A stretch of DNA of 64,000 bases, taken from the NCBI GenBank assembly GCA_002633005.1, contig NMRA01000493.1, forward strand, positions 173,647 through 237,646, written 5' to 3'. This document shows positions 1 through 12,161 of this stretch, in pieces. Both the position numbers and the translations under genes were made by a program. The stretch comes from Phoronis australis (taxonomy: Eukaryota > Animalia > Phoronida). The stretch's first letter is position 1. The number at the start of each line of letters is the position of its first letter. Under the pieces are notes generated by a model. That model made no database searches, was not told the DNA's origin, and saw only the letters and a program-made list of their open reading frames with translations.

Positions 1-3000
1 ACCTTTCGGAGAAGGAGTAGAAAGAGAGTGTTGAACCTTTAACAGAAGAAATCCGAACATCACTCATTCTTTGCAAGACACGCTGATGAGATTTGAAAGG
101 GAAAGGAGGGTGTCATAAAAACAATAAATTTGCTATCGCCCACGGCTGAGGGTGCACCAGCTGCATCATGAATTCTGTGGACACCACTGAAACCTGTAGA
201 CAATGTGTCATCATAGTCTCCATAGCGGTACATATTGATGCTATCTCCTGCAACTTCCTCACCACCAAACTCTTCATCTCCAAATCCAACATCGCTAATA
301 TCCACATCATCAAGGATACTTTCTGGACTGCAACAAGAGAAAGCGTGATGATCTTGCCCTTTAGAATTTCAGAAACGACACAACACCTAGCTCCCGTAAC
401 GCACTTGAAGAACTACTAAGTAACAGGGCTCGCATTATGTGCACTGGAGAACAGTTAAATACAGTTCGTTCAGAATTCAAATGTTTTATACATACAGCGT
501 TTGATGACGCCTTACGATGCCTTCTTTAGTCATTTTGCAAGACCTAATGGTTAGTACTGTGAAAGGATTTCTGTCCTGTCAGGGCTTCCAACCTGAGATT
601 CATTGCTGTCCATGCACTGAGCTATTATGATCAATCGTCAGTAGAAGATATATTTCAATAAATACATTAACATTGTCAGCACTGAAAAATAATGATGTAT
701 TTTTATTAAAAATTGGATAACTCATAATTTAAATGTGTACACAATGGTTATGTTGCACTTACAGTTATCGTCCAGGTCATCGCATGCTAGGTCCTCAGAA
801 ACATCAATAGCCTGTAATATAGAGAGTCAAAAATGTTCGAGTGTTTCTCTTTTAAAGCATTGGTCAGTCTGTATTTATTGGATTTCACCACATATCGCCT
901 AACCACGATTAAGTTATGATAAAAAAAGCAATCCATGTACCGCATGGTCTCTGTATTTAGAACTCAGAAAACAGATTTGGGAAATTCTATCCAGAACACA
1001 CACTTATGACTTGATGTCACAAATTTCATGGATTGCCTATGCTACTGATAAAAACTCCTCAAAATCCCAACGTTGCCTTTGAATATAAACTTTTAAATTA
1101 TACAGCAATCAACTTCAAAAAAGAAAAAAATATCTAATTCGGTGCAAAGACATGTATGTGCAAATGCAATCAGTGAATTCAACTCTGCCCACACTATATT
1201 CAAATAAGTTGGGAATACCTATGTGTCACGCTAAAAACACAAATATGACAAGATTAGTTGCAGGATGACCTATAAAACCATACCTAATAGGTGGTATTTA
1301 GTCAAAAGGGTCACCAAAACTGCTGCCCATATCCTTTTTGATGTATTTAGTTTTAGTTACATCTTTGCAAATCACAAATATATATAGTGCATGTAAACAG
1401 AGTATGCAAAATTCAGTCATGCTTAGAAGAGAAACCTGTGCACGCCATTCCTGACCATACCAGACATGTAGAAAAATGCATTTTATTGGAATATACCATG
1501 CAAAATATATGCACAAAATATTTCACAATTCAATCATCAGTTAGAACACTAAATAGTTTGTTGTCAAGATAATTCATGAGCACTGACTAGTTCTCTCAAA
1601 TTTTGAAGATCAGGGGCCTGTTCCAACAGAACTGACTTAGCTAAGACAATTTTCAACTTTTAGTAAATTTTAAAATAAAGTTAAATTTGTCTCAAAACCA
1701 ATTCAAGAAATCCAAGAAAGTGTTTGACATAAGTTTTGTCTTAACTTACCAAAATTGGAAGTTTCAAAGTTTGGAAGTTAAAGACAAATCTTATACTTAA
1801 GTCAAAAATGATCTTGTCAATTTCTTGGAACAGACTCCAGTACTTTCACATCACCTTTGTAATGAATGGCCTGGATACAAACATCAAGGTTTCGTTGTCA
1901 CAGACAGAATCAATTGCATCGATTCCAGAAAGCTCAAGCCCACTGAAAGTATACCATTGCCATAATCACATTTAGGTGATAAAGAAAGTTACCACGAGTT
2001 CAACATTTGTCAGCAACTAATCGAGGGTGCCAGGCAGTCATACATACAGACTTTGAGTCATAAGCACAAAACACTACATCATTTGGAAGAACGCTTCATT
2101 TATACATACAAACCACAACATGATGTGTTCAAACGGACAGTCATGCACACAAAATAACTAATCAGATATACAAATAACATGTAAGAACATAGTTCTTCTA
2201 CAGATACATTTTATGTTGCCATTTTGCTTAGTGCTAGACTCCTTGGGAAAACGAATGATGACCACCATCACTAGAAAATGTTTACGTAATTATGTGATAT
2301 TACTTCATACCCCTGTTTTTTGTTTTATCTGTTTCTTTCAAGTTGGTTTACATGCATGAATTTTTGTTCATACATTTGATATGGTTTGTATCTACGATTC
2401 AAGTGTTATTATGAATAATGGTTCGTACATATGAATCGAAGTTTGCATGTTTGATTGCCTTGTTCTCGTTAAACAGGGATATTTCAATTGGTACAGTTTA
2501 GAAGCTCATAATTGTGAGAGACATGGTCAAATAAGCCTACGGCTTTTACATTTTCACTCTTGACATCCCAAGGCTTAATGAGTGCAAGCTCAGTAATATT
2601 TCTAACACTGGCAAGCTGGAATGATTTGATTTAAATTAGTAACCCTCACAAAAAACTGACTTGGAGTTTTCAACAAATGCAATTTTCCATGTCATGTATT
2701 GTCGTAGACACGAATACTAGTAGGTGAAGATGTAGACAATATGCTTTCACTGAAAAAATAATTTATAGAATACCTTTGAACAAACTGGGGAGTTGCAGGT
2801 GTTGCTGATACGGCTTTAGGTTCTGACTCTGTGGACACTTGTCTAGACATTGTTGAAAATCTTTCACTTTGTGCCACTTCAAACCTACAGTGCAAAAATG
2901 AAATTACAATAACATAGTTATTAACTACAGGTACAGATGTCAAAGCATACAGGTGTTACAATTCGCCGCCATAATAACAACCAAACTACATGAATATCCA

Positions 3001-4590
3001 CCACAAAAAATGTGAGTGCAATTCATTACTAAATTTCTTGTTGCGAATTGGAATTTGGTACCAAAAATTATCCTCAGTTAATGTATTTTTGAATTTTGAA
3101 AATTGATCAACGAACGTTTGTGCTTTTACTTTGTTAACCTTTGTAGGGCAGCGAAATTTTGATTAATGGGGTTTTAGCTGTGGATTTTCTTCCAGATCTC
3201 GCATATTATCTTTGAAGAAGGTAGGCCTCTTGATCTCTGATTATAATACCACTTAATGTCAATACACATAGGTCTGCAAATAAGGTACAACAAGATAACA
3301 AGGCTACAAATCCATGAGACATGACTTTGTACCTACTTTGCAAGTACTCAACCTGGCAAAATGCACAGCTTGCCACTAAAACAGAATTGCTGTCTGAACT
3401 GGGCCATAACTGGTGGCACAGGGGGTTCCAGGGGCAGCAAGAAGCCTTTTGGCAACTCGTACCTCGCACGAACTAAACCATCAAAGTCATGCTGCCTTAA
3501 GTACCTTTATAACATAGACATGGTCACCTTAGGAGGCTGTCGATGTCTTTAATTCCTTCCAACTTGAATAAATACTTTGGTAATCAAGATTTCTTTCCGA
3601 TTCGTTTCTTTGTTCATCTACAATATCATTTTGCACAGGTATGAGTGGTACAACCCTTGCGGCCAAGTTTCAAGCACTAGCACACTCTGGTGATCACCAG
3701 TGTAGTGCTTTAATGATTGATTTACTCCGTCATGGAGGTCAATCTCAATGTGATTTCAAAACGCTACAGCAATGATTCAATCAATACAGAATTGGGCCAG
3801 TTTCCCAAAAATGATCAGTCCATGATTTTGTTACCGTAACGAAGGACAGAAAATCGACTCCTAATGCCCGTTCGTATTTGACCGAGCTGGGAAGAGTTTA
3901 AGACATTACCATTCCCCTAAGGTATCCCCCTATCTGCAAAAGTTCGTTGCAGCAACATGACTTCGATGGTTTAATCAATGTGGCACAATTCGCCAAAAAA
4001 CTTCCAACTGGTGGAGGGCCTATTGGACAACTGCCATCTCTACTGCAGTCAGATGAGACGGTGGTACTATCTCAAAGTAATAATGCTTTGCAATTTCTCT
4101 TAGTGTTTCAAGAATTATCAACTGCAAACAACTAAACAAGTCGTCAATATAAGTAGGTCATAGGCTTAGCCACAAGTATAGGCTTAGCCGCTTAGCTAAA
4201 TGTCAACAGACAATGCAACTCGGTGAATTTTATGTCTGACAGTTTAACTTTCACACTCTTCACTTTCTCAGTGAGTTCTCGGACCATTACTTTATTAGAT
4301 GGAGGTGATTTTAATAAGCTGGGGCCGCGCAATGTCCCGATAACTACCGAAGTATGCAGGACCGAACAAGTACTTACCGTACGCATGATCAAGCTATCGT
4401 TTGGCCAGCTCGGAATTAGTGACGGATAGCTCACTTCTATAAGAGATTCCCAGCGGCAGTGCTCTGTACCCAGATAAATGCGTCGTTTATTAACTTTCAG
4501 CTGCAAGACTTGCCTTCTTTTCTTTCTAACTGAGTCGGTTAGCTTAGACGAATGCCCCATTTTCTTGCCCAGCTTTCCACTGTCCGACAT
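1..4590 (-). pseudogene. Spliced transposase-like pseudogene (Kolobok-type) with a ZNF653-like N-terminal motif
   Basis: Exon 4590-4378 (ATG, donor GTAAGT) reads RRIYLGTEHCRWESL-(2-nt frameshift)-RSELSVTNSELAKR*LDHAY. Tentative linker exons lie at about 2884-2774, 1942-1855 and 811-763. The region ~330-1 reads acidic linker, then SKFIVF-(frameshift)-DTLLSLSNLISVSCKE*...VKGSTLSFYS, like the KFIVFxxxLxxLxxxCxxC...GS start of this transposase family. It contains stops and frameshifts. Confidence 0.55.
1614..1837. mobile_element. PIF/Harbinger-like MITE
   Basis: Imperfect TIRs GGGCCTGTTCCAA...TTGGAACAGACTC are flanked by CAG/CAG (3-bp TSD). A truncated second copy of the same family starts at about 62750. 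Confidence 0.6.
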
Positions 4591-5345
4591 CTTGTCTCGT
4601 ATTGTCTTGCAAAACTGCGTCAGCGATTATTAGCGCAGCACCGTTCTCTGACACGTAGTGTAAATGAATAATAGTCCACTGCAGATCAGCATGATCAAAT
4701 CTCAAGTAATGGTCCAATCATGAAGAATCGTAGAGGTAGGCACAAAATAAACGGTACGAGGTATAAAGCACATTGGGTGGCAAAGTATTCACTCCACAAC
4801 ACTATTGACACTGAATCAGCTGTTCGTTTGTCGAATGACTGAGCGCATGCGCGCATTTATAGTAAGTGAAAGGAAGATAGGCAGGTATAGGTGGTTACCG
4901 TACAAGCTTTTCTTCGTACTTCTTTCAAAAACCATGAATTGGGTCATTTTTTCTGGAAATTCCTTCTCAGGGGGAAGTGAATAACTTTTTAGTAAAGGTT
5001 GAAGGAAGGTACTTTGGTTAGGGATCGTTTAAAACGTATTTTTCACGAGTTTTCGCGGTCCATGCCACTTTAAGGCATTTCAATCAAAATATAGTAGAAA
5101 CGAAATTCAAAGACAACAATGTAAATATCCCTCTTGCTCAACCATCTGGCTAGTTGTATGGAGAGTCTAACTAGCACGACCAGGTAAGGCATGGCAATAT
5201 CAGTTAACACCGTACAATGACCAGAACACAATAGCCAAGCTGAAACAACCGACTCTAACAAAACCTTGAATGCACAGCCACAAGACATGGTTCAGTCAAC
5301 ACAAGGGGATAGTAAGGACTTTGTTATATGCAATCCTGTACTTAC

Positions 5346-5603
5346 ACTGAGGAACGCATCAACATGCATTTCAGAGCAGGGCATGTCACAAATCTTGGCA
5401 GAGAGACGGATGCCCCTTGCAGCAGAGTCTAGACAGTCCAGTTCATCCTTAGACAACGGCCGATCACTGCCTGGTCCCACCAACACAAACTCAATGCAGA
5501 CAGTAGATTGCTTTGTCTCTGCATTCGTCTTGCGAGTCCACAGCGGGAAAGAACGAGCTGCAGCACAGCCTGAGGCAAACACCTCACTTCTTTCACAGAC
5601 AAT
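5346..5603 (-). CDS. NPEPL1: Aminopeptidase-like 1 (M17 family), coding exon 3
   Basis: IVCERSEVFASGCAAARSFPLWTRK...GIRLSAKICDMPCSEMHVDAFLS matches the recalled NPEPL1 segment VCEQPEVFASACALARAFPLF...VRLAARIVDTPCNEM. Acceptor ttgcag, donor gtaagt, phase 0/0. Confidence 0.9.
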
Positions 5604-5889
5604 CTGCAACAGGGAACATTCCTCACAACTAGTTGCCAAAATGGTGTTTTTCTGTGTTTCAAAGGTTTATAACAGAGATGCAAATAATAGAAACATTTAC
5701 AAATTAAGCCAACTCAAGTCCCTGTAATGCGAAACGAAAAAAGAATCCTATCACTGCAAGGAATGTCACGAGACAAATTTTACAAGAGAAAAATGACCAC
5801 TTAGATTTTCATTTTTAGTCAACTTAACAGGGCAAAAAGCAGTTTTAAGTGCTTTACTTGAAGAGCAAAAAATAACACACAACTGCAGC

Positions 5890-6163
5890 AGCCAAGGTTT
5901 GAACCCAAGATCTTTTGGATGAGAGTGTACAACACTATACACTAAGCTACAAACGCTCTGCTTTTGGTTGAGAGTGTACAACACTATACACTAAGTTACA
6001 AACGCTCTGCTTTTGGTTGAGAGTGTACAACACTATACACTAAGTTACAAACACTCTGCTTTTGGTTGAGAGTGTACAACACTATACACTAAGTTACAAA
6101 CGCTCTGCTTTTGGTTGAGAGTGTACAACACTATACACTAAGCTACATACACTCTGCTTTTGA
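5890..6163 (-). repeat. 49-bp minisatellite (~5 copies) derived from a tRNA-like SINE head
   Basis: The unit GAGAGTGTACAACACTATACACTAAG(C/T)TACAAACGCTCTGCTTTTGGTT starts at 5921, 5970, 6019, 6068 and 6117. The minus strand shows an A-box-like TAGCTTAGTGTATAG and a B-box GGTTCAAACC at about 5896-5905. Confidence 0.75.
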
Positions 6164-6645
6164 GGATTTGTAGCAATCTTAACAAATCTTTGAACAATAG
6201 AAATTCAAAATGGCAATTTTAGTAATCACTTTTTCTTCAAATTGAAAAAATACCAGAAGCAACAACTATGTCAATAAGAAATAATTTTGCCAATTTCAAA
6301 CAACAGTGACAACATGTTGCGTTGAACTCCCCTCGGGTAGTAGTGACTGCGATCATATGTTGCAGTGAACTCCACTCGGCTAACAGTGAGTGTGATCGTT
6401 AAGAAACATAAAATGAAGTTCACCTCCATGCCTTTTGAAAGGTGTTGATATGAGTATTCAAAACAAAGAAGTAGTATCAACAACATGCTACTGATGAGCA
6501 TACAGTATGATATAGCAGGACCAGAATGGACACACAAATATATCAATTTGTATTTCCATATAACATTTTTATTGGTTAGAAATGACTGTAGAGAGCAGAA
6601 ACAATTTATTTCTTGCCAGTGCATCATATTCAATAAAACAAATAC

Positions 6646-6828
6646 CACAAAGCATTCGTTGCCCCCAGATGAAGAGTTCTTGACCACTTTACTCAGGTGA
6701 TAAGACTGGGAGGGGGTGTTGTGACGGCTGCACTTGGACGGAAGTGCGGCCACTGTGGCATTTGTAAGCCAAAGGGAGCAGCTGTCAGTTGGACTTGGAT
6801 GTAAGCTGGACACTGCTGCCTTGAATGT
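6646..6828 (-). CDS. NPEPL1: Aminopeptidase-like 1, coding exon 2
   Basis: TFKAAVSSLHPSPTDSCSLWLTNATVAALPSKCSRHNTPS matches the recalled NPEPL1 LNPNPTDSCPLYLNYATVAALPCRVSRHNSPS. Acceptor tttcag, donor gtattt, 183 nt, phase 0/0. Confidence 0.92.
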
Positions 6829-7215
6829 CTGAAAAGAAACACTTAATAGTCATAAAGGAGCACGTGTCCCATTTAAAGTGCTTACAAACACCATTTACCC
6901 GTTTTCACACATTGTCAGGATCTCATTAAACCTCTCTTTATAGCGCCGTATATCACAACCGTGAATTCAATGACCCAAAAACAAGCTTAAGAAAAACAAG
7001 ATTCATAGCTCCAGAGACATGAGTGACATATGAACGTACCCAGTGCCAGTGAGTCATGTTCACGAACACGTGAGTTTTTGTAAGTAAAAATTATGCCACG
7101 TCCGCAGTTCTCCGATATCGCACACGAAAGTGAAAAGAGTCACAGCATGCCCAAATACTAAGTTGTCACAACCACTATAAGTGCAACAGCTCGCCATTCC
7201 TTATTATACCATAAA

Positions 7216-7311
7216 CCATGGCAAAATGAGCAGTATCTGCCAACTTACCATGGCAAAATGAGCAGTATCTGCCAACTTACCATGGTAAAATGAGCAGTAT
7301 CTGCCAACTTA
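7216..7311. repeat. 32-bp tandem repeat, 3 copies
   Basis: CCATGG(C/T)AAAATGAGCAGTATCTGCCAACTTA repeated three times. Confidence 0.9.
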
Positions 7312-7984
7312 TCACACAAAACACAATAAAGCCGGTGACTAGTGCTGTGACTGATTGTCCCGATTTTATGTCGCATGTATCGACCAATAAATGGTCATAT
7401 CTCAAGATCAGCTAATCAACCTATTATCAGATAGTGTTTGTGAGTGTGCTGTTCTAATTTGACAGTTGATCGGCTGGTGGAGTTGCTTTATATTTGAGTT
7501 ATAATTGGTGATTTTAAGCACTTTAATGGCATCAGACATAATGAACCAAGGTGTTATCTGCCAACGGTTTCACCAGCACTGCAATAGATATAAACTAGTA
7601 CTAAACCCAGTTTAAAGACCAGTGACTGTGCGATCAAGTTAGGAGGTACAAGCAATACCTGATTCCTTGGGTGATCCCCCACATAGGATAGCAGTGTTCT
7701 CATCTTGGTTGTTCCCAAATAACATTTCCTGTCACTCTCAAAGAGCGAGGTACTTTTTTGCCAGTAATCAGCAACAACTTTAGAGATGAGGTGGTAATTT
7801 TTGTCAAAGTGGCAATTTCATTTACAGCATAGCTCTCAAGAATATTTCTTAATGTTACATTGTAACAGCACACGGAAATGATTGAAAGCTACAAACCAGA
7901 CAGGTAGTACAATGTGTTTCAACCGTTTAGCGCATTCTAAGGACATTTTTAAGTGCCTGTTCATGAACGCTTTCATGCACTTAC

Positions 7985-8131
7985 CTCAGTTGTCACTCGA
8001 TTACCAAACTTGTTCTTTATATCATCAAATGAGATTTTCTGCAGATTTTTAAGCTGACCAATCACAGTCACTGGACAAATATTTGGGTCACATGACTGGA
8101 GGGTGCTACAGAACCTGAGTTCAGTGGGCAT
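7985..8131 (-). CDS. NPEPL1: Aminopeptidase-like 1, coding exon 1
   Basis: MPTELRFCSTLQSCDPNICPVTVIGQLKNLQKISFDDIKNKFGNRVTTE (49 codons), then donor gtaagt. It aligns to the recalled NPEPL1 N-terminus (LQF...DPQSRPLLLLGQL...RVTEE). An acceptor tttcag 4 nt upstream of the ATG implies an untranslated upstream exon. Confidence 0.85.
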
Positions 8132-8694
8132 GATGCTGAAACAAAATTATTCACTTTCTAAATGGCAGTCCCAGCAGTAACATTCTATTGAGTCAATGAG
8201 TAGCATATTAAGTCATTGATGATTCAATGCCATCCTAGAATGTGTTTAACATAGAACTACGATTTCTTATTTGTTCACAACCTAGATATATTAGAAGGTG
8301 GGCATCATTTTAATATTGGCGAAAAACTTACACATGGTCGGGCATTTTAAATTTGATTGATTTCAGTGATGAAATGACTGTAAATAGAGTTGGCGAACTA
8401 GAAAAGCGAGTGTCCCTTAAAACGAGCCATAACCATTAATAGGTGTGTATGACTGAATGACAGTAGACAAGAAGACATTAGCTTCAACTCAGAGCTAAAC
8501 ATCTTCACTTATCGAATGGAAACATTGAATTCAATCCCATAACTCAACACTACAACCACTCCAGTGGCTGCCATTGTGCTAGGTCAGGATTGCCCTCTGA
8601 CACAGCGCCACCTATAGGTCAGGATAGTTAAGCTCCCAAGCATACTCTCAAAACATTAACTTTTCACTTGTAATTTTTTAATATTGTGAGATTA

Positions 8695-9325
8695 TTATCA
8701 TCATTATTAGTTTATTTGATAATGTACCTACTTACAATAATAAATACAATAATTAGAGCAAGGTACAAAATAAGAAATTTAAAAAAGAACTATATGTAGA
8801 TTATCTGGATAACAACAAAAAGTTAAAAACTTATTTCCATGGTGGTCTATACACAAATTAAAAAAATAAAGCAAATTACGAATAAATAATAAATCCTGAA
8901 TAATTATACAAGAGGAATGAGACATGTGAAACAACTAGCTACATACAGGTGAAAATGAGCTGAAAAGGACTGCAGAATGAAATGACATGATAGAGGACAA
9001 ATAAATAAATAAATAATCAAATAAATAAATTAATAATATAATCAGAGTTATCACTTCTCTCAATCTGGCTAAATAGGTATTGCTTGATTTTTCCTTTAAA
9101 AACATATGAATCTGTAATGTCTCTTAGTTGGCCAGGACGTGAATTCCAAAGAAATATGGTTGAATTTAAAAAAGTTTCAGATCCGTGTGTTTTAACTCTT
9201 GGCTGAATAAAGCCATTATTGCTCCTTCTAGTTCTGTGAGAATGGCCTGGGTTAAATGTTGAAAAGTGACCAACGAGATAATTTGGGGCATTGCCATGAA
9301 CAATTTTATGAGTAAGGTGGAGCAC
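8695..9325 (-). mobile_element. 5'-truncated CR1/L2-clade LINE (ORF2 C-terminus plus 3' tail)
   Basis: ORF 9017-9325 reads HKIVHGNAPNYL...HSHRTR...FLNSTIFLWNSRP...FKGKIKQYLF, typical of the CR1/L2 ORF2 end. It is followed by an AT-rich tail with AATAAA and short AAT/GAT repeats. Confidence 0.8.
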
Positions 9326-9654
9326 CCCAGGGGATATGACGTCATGCCACTTGCCGTGAGCAGTGCTAAAAATGGTCAGTTTCCAATTTTGGAACTCAAC
9401 GAGGAACTGCTCGAAAAAAAAGTTTGATGACGGGACTATTTGTTGGAGTTAGAAGGAATTAAAGACATCGACGGCCTCCTAAGGTGTCCTTCCGTGCGCA
9501 AAAGGTACTTATAACAACGCGACTTGGATTTTTTACTTTTTAATCAGTGTAAGGCATAATTCGCTGAAAATCTTCTGGTGTATGAAGCTCCTACAGGAGC
9601 TTTACCGTCTCTACTGGGCCAGCTAGAGACAGTGGTCACTGTCTAGTAGTATTA

Positions 9655-9892
9655 ATACTAATAGAGGTGACAATAAGTGAATCAGTTAACTAGTAGCACT
9701 AGTACTAGTAGGGGTGACAATAAGTGAATCAGTTAACTAGTAGCACTAGTACTAGTAGAGGTGACAATAAGTGAATCAGTAAGCTAGCAGTACTAGTGCT
9801 AGAAGTGGTGACAATAAGTCAATAATTAAGGTATTAGTAACAGTACTGGTAGAGGTGACAATAAGTGAATCAGTAAGTACTAGTACTAGTAG
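9655..9892. repeat. ~47-bp degenerate minisatellite (~5 copies)
   Basis: Repeated TAGAGGTGACAATAAGTGAATCAGT...CTAGTACTAG. Confidence 0.8.
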
Positions 9893-10042
9893 TCGTATAC
9901 GATAGTACTAGTAGATAGCCAGCCAACTAGCTGTATGAAGACTGTGGTCAAAATACATATTTAGTACAGCTTTGTACCAAGGCTAACTAGTAGTGCTGGG
10001 TTAAGTTTTTCACCAAAACAGGGAATTCAGAAAAAAGTGATA

Positions 10043-10176
10043 CATGGGAGGCACACCATAGGGAGCTGGGGGCTATAAATCCCCACTTTTTTAGTGCTGC
10101 ACTGCCCATTTTTATGGGCGGTGCACCACAGGGGGGTTGGGGTAGCCCCTCACTTTTTTCAGTTCTGCCGCCCATG
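10043..10176. mobile_element. Short CATG-terminal MITE
   Basis: Termini CATGGGAGGCA...TGCCGCCCATG with flanks TGATA/TAATA (near 5-bp TSD). Related sequence occurs at about 49735-49870. Confidence 0.5.
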
Positions 10177-10573
10177 TAATATCAAGTGGATGTGCTTGTA
10201 GAGTCGAATCGTGAATAATAACCAGCGCACTTTCACCGATTTTTCAACTACAAACGAAAAAATGAAAAGAAATACTAGTTTAGAATAGGTTTAAATGAAA
10301 AAGGTGAACAGACGGCAAACACCTTCAGTCTTCCTGTTGCTGGTAACTTATTTCAACAGCGCCGCTAGGTGGTCAATATCTCCAGGCAAAAATAATTAAT
10401 ATATATCTACTACATTAGAGCCTCTGTATCAAAGAATGTACATATTCATGCCATGAAAAAATGCAAAATGCTAAATTACTGTTTTAAAATCAAATTAATT
10501 GTTGGCATTTATGATTAGCAGGCTGATAACAAGGAAAGGTGATAAATTACTGACATTAATTTGACCTGAAACA

Positions 10574-10752
10574 ATGGACGACGAAGGCAAGAAGGCAGTT
10601 GTCTTGACCCATTCCTTACATGCCAGCAACTTACTGCATGCACTGGACGCCAGTAGAAAGAAGTTGACACTTTGTGACGGTGTTGTTATCATTGGTGGTG
10701 AAGAGATTCCTGTTCAGAAAAATGTACTCGTAGCTGCAAGCCCTTATTTCAG
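10574..10752 (+). CDS. GAN: Gigaxonin (BTB-BACK-Kelch CUL3 adaptor), coding exon 1
   Basis: HASNLLHAL...LCDGVVIIGGEEIPVQKNVLVAASPYFR matches the recalled gigaxonin GEEIPVQKNILAAASPYIR. Donor AG|gtacac, phase 2. Confidence 0.9.
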
Positions 10753-11552
10753 GTACACCCCTGTTCCACCAGTTGTCCTTGACCTTGTTCTGTTGATTTG
10801 TCTGTAAAAGTGTAAATAAGAAGTGTATTTTCTTTCATTCGGACTGTGTGACTTCATAGTTTCACACTGCTACAATGACCGACATTCCACAATGGTAAGG
10901 TTGCATTATGGTATCTTTTCATCAGCATGTTAGTCGTCAGTGATAGTGGTGTGGTGAAAATGATATTAAATTATTCAAGGCCTCTTTAATGTAATCACTC
11001 GCCTGTGTCATGGGCAATTACTCTTTGACTTTTTTTGACTGGTTAGGACGCCTGGCATTGAAACAATAGGTACTGGATTCAAAACTTGGTGATTTTTTAC
11101 TACAGTAGCATCATCACTGTTATCCCTGCAGCTGACCTGGGCCTGAACAGCCTTAAGCTTGGGCCTCGGCAATCCACCAGCCTACATTATTTGCCAAAGC
11201 AATAAGCAATGCAGGTTGTAGACAGGAATTACCGTTTCTAGCTGGCCCCAGTAGAGATGATGAAATATGCGACTGCTAGTGATTTCAACCCCACTGATAT
11301 CTATAGCTGTTCACTTTTTCACGTTTAATTTTTCTGTCCTTGACTGTGGCGTTTTTCATGAACAAAATTTGTGATTGATACAACTTATTTTCTCGCTGAA
11401 TTTTCTGTCTTACAGAAAATGCATCTTTTTGCTTATGTCCTGTAGAAAGCATGTTTCATCATGGGCATTTTTGTCACTCAAGAAAATGAGTGTTCTTGCG
11501 TAGTGCATGTTCTCATGTATAAATTATAAGCTCAAACTCGTGCATGAACTAT

Positions 11553-11730
11553 TGGGCATGCATTGCACACATGCTCTGACATAAACAAGTGGGCACGCAT
11601 TGCACATCTTATGCTCTGACATGAACAAGCGGGCATGCATTGCACATCTCATGCTCTGACATAAACAAGTGGGCACGCATTGCACATCTTATGCTCTGAC
11701 ATGAACAAGTACGCACGCATTACACAGCAT
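11553..11730. repeat. ~40-bp tandem repeat (~4 copies)
   Basis: GGGCA(T/C)GCATTGCACATCT(T/C)ATGCTCTGACAT(A/G)AACAAG repeated. Confidence 0.8.
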
Positions 11731-11961
11731 GCTTTTTCATTCAGTTCAAGACTTGCTCATTATTCTTGAGGTCTGAGTGATTGATGGTTTTTGGGATATC
11801 TGTAATTTAAGTATATCCCCGAATGAACAGTTGGTTTGCTCAATGGCAAAATTTGTCTTTCAATTGCCAAAAGTAAATAGTCATTTTCTTAACATTGTAC
11901 GCCCCGAAAGTAATGTCCAATGTTTTTGTCACCAAAATTATTTCCAAGATTTGTTATTCAG

Positions 11962-12161
11962 GGCAATGTTCGACTATGATAAAGTGACGCACAGTGAGCA
12001 GGCCACAACACACAAGCATGTTGTGGATATCTTGGACCTAACACGTGCAACATTTGAAGAGATTCTGGACTACATCTACACATCACGTATATCTCTTAGT
12101 GAAGACAATATTCAGGACATCCTGCAAGCTGCCGACATTTTGTTACTCAAGGATCTTAAAG
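11962..12161 (+). CDS. GAN: Gigaxonin exon 2 (BTB)
   Basis: AMFDY...FEEILDYIYTSRISLSEDNIQDILQAADILLLKDLK. Acceptor ttcag, donor gtattt, 200 nt, phases 2/1. Confidence 0.92.

Larger units (their letters stand above)
1..5069 (-). mobile_element. Degenerate Kolobok-like DNA transposon inside NPEPL1 intron 3; the other end lies beyond the left edge of the window
   Basis: The right boundary reads TTAA|AGTGGCATGG on the minus strand (TTAA at 5070-5073), matching the Kolobok TTAA target and purine-purine terminus. A disrupted spliced transposase-like gene follows. The partner TIR is not in the window. Confidence 0.55.

Noticed and set aside
5266-5727. 153-aa plus-strand ORF
   Set aside because: It is the antisense shadow of NPEPL1 exon 3 and has no recognisable motifs.
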